Below, in pieces: positions 56,592 to 64,000 of a DNA stretch of 64,000 nucleotides. Source of the DNA: the human T2T-CHM13v2.0 reference genome, Homo sapiens. The stretch is from NCBI RefSeq assembly GCF_009914755.1, contig NC_060939.1; one strand, 5' to 3'. The translations under genes and the position numbers were made by a program. The first letter of the stretch is position 1. The number at the start of each line of letters is the position of its first letter. Below the pieces are notes generated by a model. The model had not been told where the DNA came from. It was given only the letters and a program-made list of their open reading frames with translations, and searched no databases.

Positions 56592-59500
56592 GGGAGCTAG
56601 TTAAGTAGTGTCTCTAAGGTTGTTTTTTCCACATCTGATGCCCAAGTGAGAAGCTCACAGGGTAAGCAGTCAGAAAGGGAAGGTATGAGGAGGCCGGAGT
56701 CCACGAACATTAGCTGGAACCCACCAGGACAAACTAGAATGGTCTCTTACCTCGAGGGTATGGGTTACTGCAGAAACTGGGGCCCATGGTCATGGAGATA
56801 CTCACACCTAGCCCAGGAGCTGGAGAAGCTGAAAGAGGGTCCAGGGGAAGGCAGAGCAATTGCACACCTAGCTGCCACATCACACCTGTGCATGAATCTG
56901 CAGCTCATCAACAAGTGTGCAGATAACAAAGTGCTTGCTGCTTCCTTTGTGCCCTCCAAGTCTCTCAAGAATCTCCATTGTGACCGCCACAGCTAGTAAT
57001 ATGTAAGAAAGCCAACTCTAGGAAATGTAGTGTAGCCTCGCCAAGTTGATAGCTTACAACGTCACCATAGAGGACCAAACTTCCAAGAGTCTTTACATCA
57101 TCAGAAGAGGTCTTTCTGGACTTTCTCATCAAGAAGACCAACTCTCTGACAGCATTCATTTGATTGGTCTACTAAGGTTGGTTACTAACATCATAACCCT
57201 AAATTTCACTGTTTGGAAAACTTTCTAAGGTAATGGAATCACCTAGAATGGTAATATAAAAAGAACATAGACTTAGGCAAAATAGGAAGTCTTTGAGACT
57301 TTCCTCCAGGCTGCGTCTGACAACCACTCACAAGCCCTCTCTCCTAATCCCATTTTTCTTCATTCTGAACTACTTCCCTTCTCCTTACCATCAATCTTCT
57401 TTCTTCATTTTTTTATTCTGCCTAGGCTCCATGATCTGTCACTCTGACATCCCTCTTCCCGATACCCACACTTCCTTGTCTTTTTGTGTTTTTCCCTTTA
57501 GTAAGATGCACATAGATTGAAAGAACCAGATTGTTATTTGACTAGTAATGAAAATAGCAGTCTTCTGCCCACTTACCGCACAATTCCCCACTCCTCAGAT
57601 AAGCAACCAGTTTTCATTCTGTTAGCTCATTCTTTCGGTACTTATCCCTGTGTCTTTATAGAATACACTTATTTGCTCTCAATTTTTTCATCTTAGGCTT
57701 GTCTATGGACATCCCACTACGGAAAATGAGAATTTAACTCTCTTTCATTTTCATTCTCTCTCCTAATCTCCCGCCCCATGCAAGTGTTCCTTCTGGCTCT
57801 CCACTCTCTAATTTAGTTTTATGGTAATTTAGCTTAGTTCAACATTTAGTGTTTACATAATTATGAGAATGTAAGTGCTATTCAGACTGAGTCTTTCCTG
57901 CAAAATATGCTTGAAATTCATCCTTAACTTTTCTCCCTAACTTTGTTTTTCTGTATTCCTCACTAAAGCAATTCTAAATGTTTCAAAATTTCAATACATT
58001 TAGATACTTCAGGTCTATCCATTGAAACTCCTTGGAAAAAAAAATCTCTGTGATAATCTGGACTCTGGGCTGATTGTCCTCCTCACCTGGGGCATAGCTA
58101 TTGCCCTGGGATCACACCTCACCAGCATCCTAGGAATCCCTTCGTTTCTCTCGTATAGTACAAGCCCCTGAATACCAGGCCTTCCTACCTCTTGGCATCC
58201 TCCTCTCTCCTATTCTCACTTCATGGCTGCAATATCTTCCCTTCTTCTCTGAAGATCTTAATGCTAGATAATGTTAGTTTTTTTTTCTCTTGCAGATCTT
58301 GTCTCCTTCAGTTTCCTTGCATTCTTCCTCTGCTGTGTTTCTTTTAGTCCCTATATTTTATGTTGGCATGTTTCCTCATATATCTGGTATCTCATGGTTG
58401 CCTGTTCATATTTAAAAGTGGGGGCAATAAGCTGACCGATGCTCTAAGCACTTTGCTGGGATGAGTTTCACCTTATAACAGTCCAGCTGGTTTACTCCAC
58501 TGGACAGCCCCATTGCCAGCACCTTTATGCCGTTCCTCCCAGCTGGTCTTCTAACTCCCAGCTAGAGGCTAAAGGCCAGGCTGCTAGCATTTGTGAGCCC
58601 AGGAATTGAAGTCTGAGAGTTTCTGCCTTACTTGATCTTGCTACTTCCAGTCTGGTCCTCTCACTCTCAGCTCTGCTAGTCTCACCACAGTCCAAATGCC
58701 TTCCTTTTACTCTCTTCAGAAAATGAACCTCCAGTCTTCTGCTGGAGCAATCAAAGGCTAAGTCAGTTAGCCCCTTTACATTGGCTTTTCAGCTCTCAGG
58801 ATTTTGTCACTGATGTCTTTTGTGCATGCGGGTTTGGGCTTTTTAAAAAGTCCTTTTAAACTCCCCCCACCCCGACACACACACACAAATGAGCAAAAGT
58901 AAATGTGTGTGTTCAAGATGTCTTCTTTACCTGGCATTCCCTGGCTTTCTGTCACATGTGCCATCAAAACACCAACCCTGAATCTGTTCCCCGGATCCCT
59001 GCTGTCCTTTACTCCTTGAGAACATTGTATAATCACATGGAATTGTGCCCCTGCAAGTATGTAGTCATAAGCCTCAACTGAGACTCAAAATTGCCCAGGA
59101 ATCCTTATTTGTCTTCCTTAAGAGCTCTGATTCCAATTCCATACCCACCCCTGAGTTTCTCTCAGACCCTCCTGTCTTCCTCCAACTTCACTTTCAGCAG
59201 GATGCATCACCCCTGACTTGAGAGGAAGGAGTCACCAGCCAGGTGTGCCATCAGCCTTCGTGGCACTACCACTTTCCAGGTCAACTGCCTCCATGCCCAT
59301 CCTTGTCACAATGAAGAACTTTCTCTCCCCTGAGTGGGTCCAACCCTGCACATCTGCTCCAGGTCCTATCCTCTGGATCTGCCCCTCCTGAATACCACTG
59401 TCTTTCATAATCTTAGCCTCTGCCTCTCTACCGACTCCTTGCCATCAATTATGTAGCTGGGATCCCTTCAATGTCTGGCCCTTGCCCACTTATCCTGGGT

Positions 59501-61652
59501 CATCTCATACCTCTCCTTGCCCATCATGCTCCAACCACTTGACCCCTATCCAGTTCCCTAAACACACATCTCTTCTCTTCATTTGGGACCTTGGCATATG
59601 TGGATCATTTTCGCTGGACTATCCTCTTTTCCTCTACCCACCAGATCACACCTGTCCTTCGGGACCTAGCTAAAATGACCCCTAGCTAAAATTAAGAAGC
59701 TCTCCTCACCACCTGAAAGCTCAATATGGGCCACTCATGTGAGATCCCTCATTACCCCCCTTCCACTCTCATGAACCACTTCTCACGCTGCTGAAATGGA
59801 CTGTTTTCTCATCTGTCTCTCCTGCTTGACTGTAAGCTCCCTGGAGGTAGGGACTGCATTCACCAACTCCCCAGCACCCATCGCTGTCCCTAGGAATATG
59901 GTAACTGTTGACTTCCTGTTGAACTCCCTTTCTCATTCTCTGGGAAGAATCAAACCTTGTGGGGAATGGCAAGTGAAGGAGAAAGCAATCCAAACAGCAG
60001 GCTACTATGTTTATCCACTAGAATGACTCCACCGTCCCTCCATTCAACTTTCTCTCCACACAGTGATGGCAACAACTAGAACAGGAAAGGCAACGTGGAG
60101 GGGAAGCTCTTGATTTATTCGGGTACCCCAAATTCCTCATCTGTATTATCCCCCCTGAGGTGAAATTAAATAGGCCACCTACTATCGCACCATTTATTAC
60201 ACTTAATTTCCATGTGTTCTTCCTATAAGCATGAGGAGAGAGCTCCATTGCCAGGTAATAACTAGGAGTAACATATGCCTATTTCAGCCTTTACCAAAGT
60301 CTAAACTTGACTTGATCAAACATCCAGTGTTGACTCCTACTCTTACGGTCCAGAGAGTGAAAGCTTCCTTCAGTTCTGTTGGTGTCCTCTCCAGGATCCC
60401 ATACATTTCTACATTATTTCCTTACGCTAATACCTTAACCAATGTCAGTGCTATTGACTAACCTCGATTCTTTCCTTTTCTCCAGTACAACATTTTCTCA
60501 TTCTGATCAATAGTGTTTACTCAAGAATAAACATTCAATAATTATTTACTGAGTGAATGGACCTCAGACCATTAACAACTCATCATTTCTAACCACCTTG
60601 GCTTTATCCATCTGGAAGGCAAGATCCGTTTCCTATTTCACATTACTGTATAGGTAAATAAGTTAGTCCAGACCAGTGGCAGGTTGTGAAATTATGAGAA
60701 CAAATAAATCATCTGGGTAATAATACACACATTAAGTTATAGAATCACAGTACTTTATTTCAATCATCCCTAAGAATAACATCTACTCTCCCTGTGTCAC
60801 CCTGGTCTAACAATTACCACTGCTTGTAAAAAAAAAAAAAACCAGAGTAGACATGCTGCTACTTAAGCTGCATTCTTATGCTGATATATGCTTGTATATG
60901 CTGGCTATCCCAGCTGAAAGTGAGGATATCTCCTCCTAAACATCTATTTTAAAATTAATTTTAGTCCAATTTTTCTGACTTTTATTTGTTTGGTTTTAAA
61001 CTGGAAGTGTCTGTAGTTACTGCAGGGGACATATTGTCAATTGGTGCTCAGGGAAGGCTCTCTGAGCAGGTGTCTTTTGAGGATGAGAGAAGCCAGCCAC
61101 CGCTGGGGACAGAACATTTGGGAAAGCAAGAACTAGTGCAAAGCCCCTCGTCGAGGCTGGCAAACAGAAAGAGGGATGGTTCAGAAAATAGAACAAAACA
61201 AACAGAAATGAATAGACTAGAATCTTCCTACTCAAAGTTAACCATTTATTATCATTCCTTTCTATATCATCCCAATCAAATTACAGCATGCCTTTCTTCT
61301 TAGCACTGTCCAGCATTTTCCTTATTGCCATAGGTTGATAAGGTGTTGGTTACTTAACGATTCCCCTGTTGTTGGATCCTCTCTTGGGTTGATTGTGGTC
61401 TCCCTGAAACTTTCTTCTCCGCCATCCTCCAAAACAGTCCCTAGGCCCCGCTCATTTCAAACATTTCATTGAGGAACAACAAGGCACAGTCAATGAGTAC
61501 CTTGTGGAGAAAAACAAAGGTCCTAGCATTTTCACAAAGTCCTCTGAGTTGGCCTGAGTTATCTGGGTTCCTGAGCCTGGAGCCCACACACTCCCTCTTT
61601 TATTCTGATGCCAACACCTTCCTCCAGTGAATAGGCCTGGAAATAAATCAGG

Positions 61653-62370
61653 ACTGAGACAAATGATCCAACTGGCATAATGTCTGAGCACCCTCTGGTC
61701 AGCCACCCTCTGCCCCAGTGTCCCAAGGCCCTTCTGGAAGAGCCTGACTTCTCAAAAAACAGAGAAGGAGCCCAGTCCTAGAGAAGGGAATGATTACTGG
61801 GTTTAAGGGGCTTTGCTTTCCAAGAATACTTTTCCTGCCTTCCTTCTTTGCTATATGCAAACCTTAGCCCTGGTGCGGTGGCTCATACACCTCATGCATG
61901 CTACCTCTCCAGCATAAAAAGGACCAGCTTGTCCAGGGGGATGCAGCCCCATGCTCTGGCTGTAACTGTGAAGGGAGGCTGGAGAGTGAGTGGGCAAAGC
62001 CCCCACCTCACACTGAGACAAATGATCCAATTGGCATAATGTCTGAGCACCCTCTGGTCAGCCACCCTCTGCCCCAGTGTCCCAAGGCCCTTCTGGAAGA
62101 GCCTGACTTCTCAAAAAACAGAGAAGGAGCCCAGTCCTAGAGAAGGGAATGATTACTGGGTTTAAGGGGCTTTGCTTTCCAAGAATACTTTTCCTGCCTT
62201 CCTTCTTTGCTATATGCAAACCTTAGCCCTGGTGCGGTGGCTCATACACCTCATGCATGCTACCTCTCCAGCATAAAAAGGACCAGCTTGTCCAGGGGGA
62301 TGCAGCCCCATGCTCTGGCTGTAACTGTGAAGGGAGGCTGGAGAGTGAGTGGGCAAAGCCCCCACCTCAC
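61653..62370. repeat. 359-bp tandem duplication, 1 mismatch
   Basis: Copies at 61653-62011 and 62012-62370. C61672 versus T62031. Confidence 0.97.
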
Positions 62371-63424
62371 ACTGCCTTGGAGGAAGAAAGAAGCTATTCC
62401 AACCTGGCAGCTGTTATTTACACTTCTGAATAATGTGTGAAGGCGGGAGTGTAGAAACAGTAGCAGATGACTCCAGAGAATAGGAAAACGAGGCCTTTGA
62501 CAAAGAGATGTACTATTTATGTGAAACCCAATGCCTCTGCTAAGAATATATCCCCAGCACCAAATGCTTGTTCCTGATACAAGAACTACACAGATAATAA
62601 AGTTATTTCCCATCTATCTTTCTCCCAGGCTGCTGGCCCAGGTGTTTACATCTAACAGTTAGCATCTCCATTTTCCAGGGCCTGATTTCAGTGTAATGCT
62701 ACAGAAGGGGCTCGCTGTTCTAGTCCTAGATCCTTGCTAACTGATTATGCTAGATTCACTTTATTGGTAAAATGAAAGGCTAAGGGGATGAAATGAAATT
62801 ATTCACGTCCACTTTGACATTTTATGAATAGAAAAAATCATTTAGCTGGTCGATGGCCTGGATGGGGGTTTCCTTCTCCAGCACTTGTGCTTAGAATTGT
62901 TTATAGCAGGCACATAACATGTGTTGAATGAATAACTTTACACACCAAACCGTTCAATTTGAATTTTTATAATTATGGAAATTTATTCACACTGTCTGAG
63001 AGCAACTAACACCACACGATGTAGGGGAAGTCCGCGCGACTCAGAATAAATATCAACTCTTACTTGCAGGTGAAGAAAACTAACTAGAATAAGCAAAGGA
63101 AACAAACACAGAATTCTTTTATTTTTAAAAAAAATTCATGTGGTTGTAATGTAGGAAGGATGTGGGAACGGTGTGGGAAGGGTGTGTGGGAGCCGCCCTT
63201 GGAAATCACTGCACCTGGCAGTGGAGTGCTGCCAGGACCCATTCGCCCCACACTTTGTGCTCCACTCCAAGCCTGGCGTTCTCTCCTGCCCACTGGTGGG
63301 CTGGAGAGCAGGGAAAGGGGCAAGAGCCTACCAGCTGGAAGTTCCATATTCACATCTTAACAGAGCTACAGAAGAAAAGCAGCTTCTATTCTGCCAGGTA
63401 AAGTGTGAACAATCTCAGGGAAAG

Positions 63425-63550
63425 ACTGCAATTGGCCCACCTTGAACCCCATGCCACCCATTGGCCCATCTGTTCAAGGAGTGAGGATATGATTGGCTCA
63501 GCTCTGTCACGTGCCTGAGTAGTGGGCGGGGCTCCGTTCTACGGAAAGTG
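63425..63550. promoter_or_regulatory. NF-Y x3 / USF E-box / GC-box cluster, probably within an old MLT1J/K-type LTR
   Basis: ATTGG at 63431, 63460 and 63492; GTCACGTG at 63506; GGGCGGGG at 63524. Confidence 0.45.
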
Positions 63551-64000
63551 GAGTAGCACCGTGTGTCTGTTGGGGGAATTTGTGATTCAACAGGAAGAAA
63601 TTGAACAGAGTGTTGCTTGCATTTGGCCTCAATTATAAATATGCAGTGGGGACTTGTCACAAAGTGCACATTGCAGTAACTTCAATGTTTGAAGATGCTT
63701 GTTAAAGCAGATTCTGTTCAGAATGATCCTGCCTGCTTCAGGATAGGATAAGAAGAAACTAATGCCTTAGACAGATAGAATTTTTAGGGAAGCAAAAGAA
63801 TTCCCCTTTAAGGGAATAGTTTTACGTGTTGTAAGAAGTTTACTAGGCCACACTATATTTTCTATGAAATAAAACAAATATATGTCTCCTGATTCCATTA
63901 TGGGAAGAAAAAAAAAGGGGGTTGGGGTTGTCAGAGCTCTATGTAGATAAAGTGAAGTGTCAGGGGTAAAATAAGCAATTATTGAGATTTGGGGGTGAGG

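Noticed and set aside
60340-60410. Minus-strand MYGILERTPTELKEAFTLWT followed by GTAAGA, as an upstream exon of the 52.5-kb relic
   Set aside because: Too short and no clear acceptor; cannot be separated from chance without alignment.

Overview
Primate (human-like) genomic DNA. The + strand carries the three coding exons and long 3' UTR of MINAR1/KIAA1024: CDS 5503-7800, 12422-12676 and 17536-17733, all phase 0, giving 766+85+65 = 916 aa with one C-terminal transmembrane helix. The non-coding first exon and promoter appear to lie upstream of the window. Downstream of about 21.7 kb the sequence is repeat-rich and intergenic: 10 Alus (an 11th is in a MINAR1 intron), old L1M/L2/MIR pieces, MaLR/ERVL solo LTRs, and a full-length L1PA2/3-like element on the minus strand (35134-41166) whose reading frames are broken only by homopolymer indels. 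The most interesting observations are: (i) four independent processing routes that would each remove only the MINAR1 membrane anchor; (ii) a UG-rich intronic array with ten G|GTGAGT donor motifs, capped by a perfect 42-bp palindrome; (iii) a tailless 5S rRNA retro-fragment with a 17-bp TSD; (iv) a near-perfect 359-bp tandem duplication; (v) two template-switch hairpin scars; (vi) an unidentified decayed coding-like segment near 52.3-52.7 kb. Repeat subfamily calls come from remembered consensus sequences and were not run through RepeatMasker.
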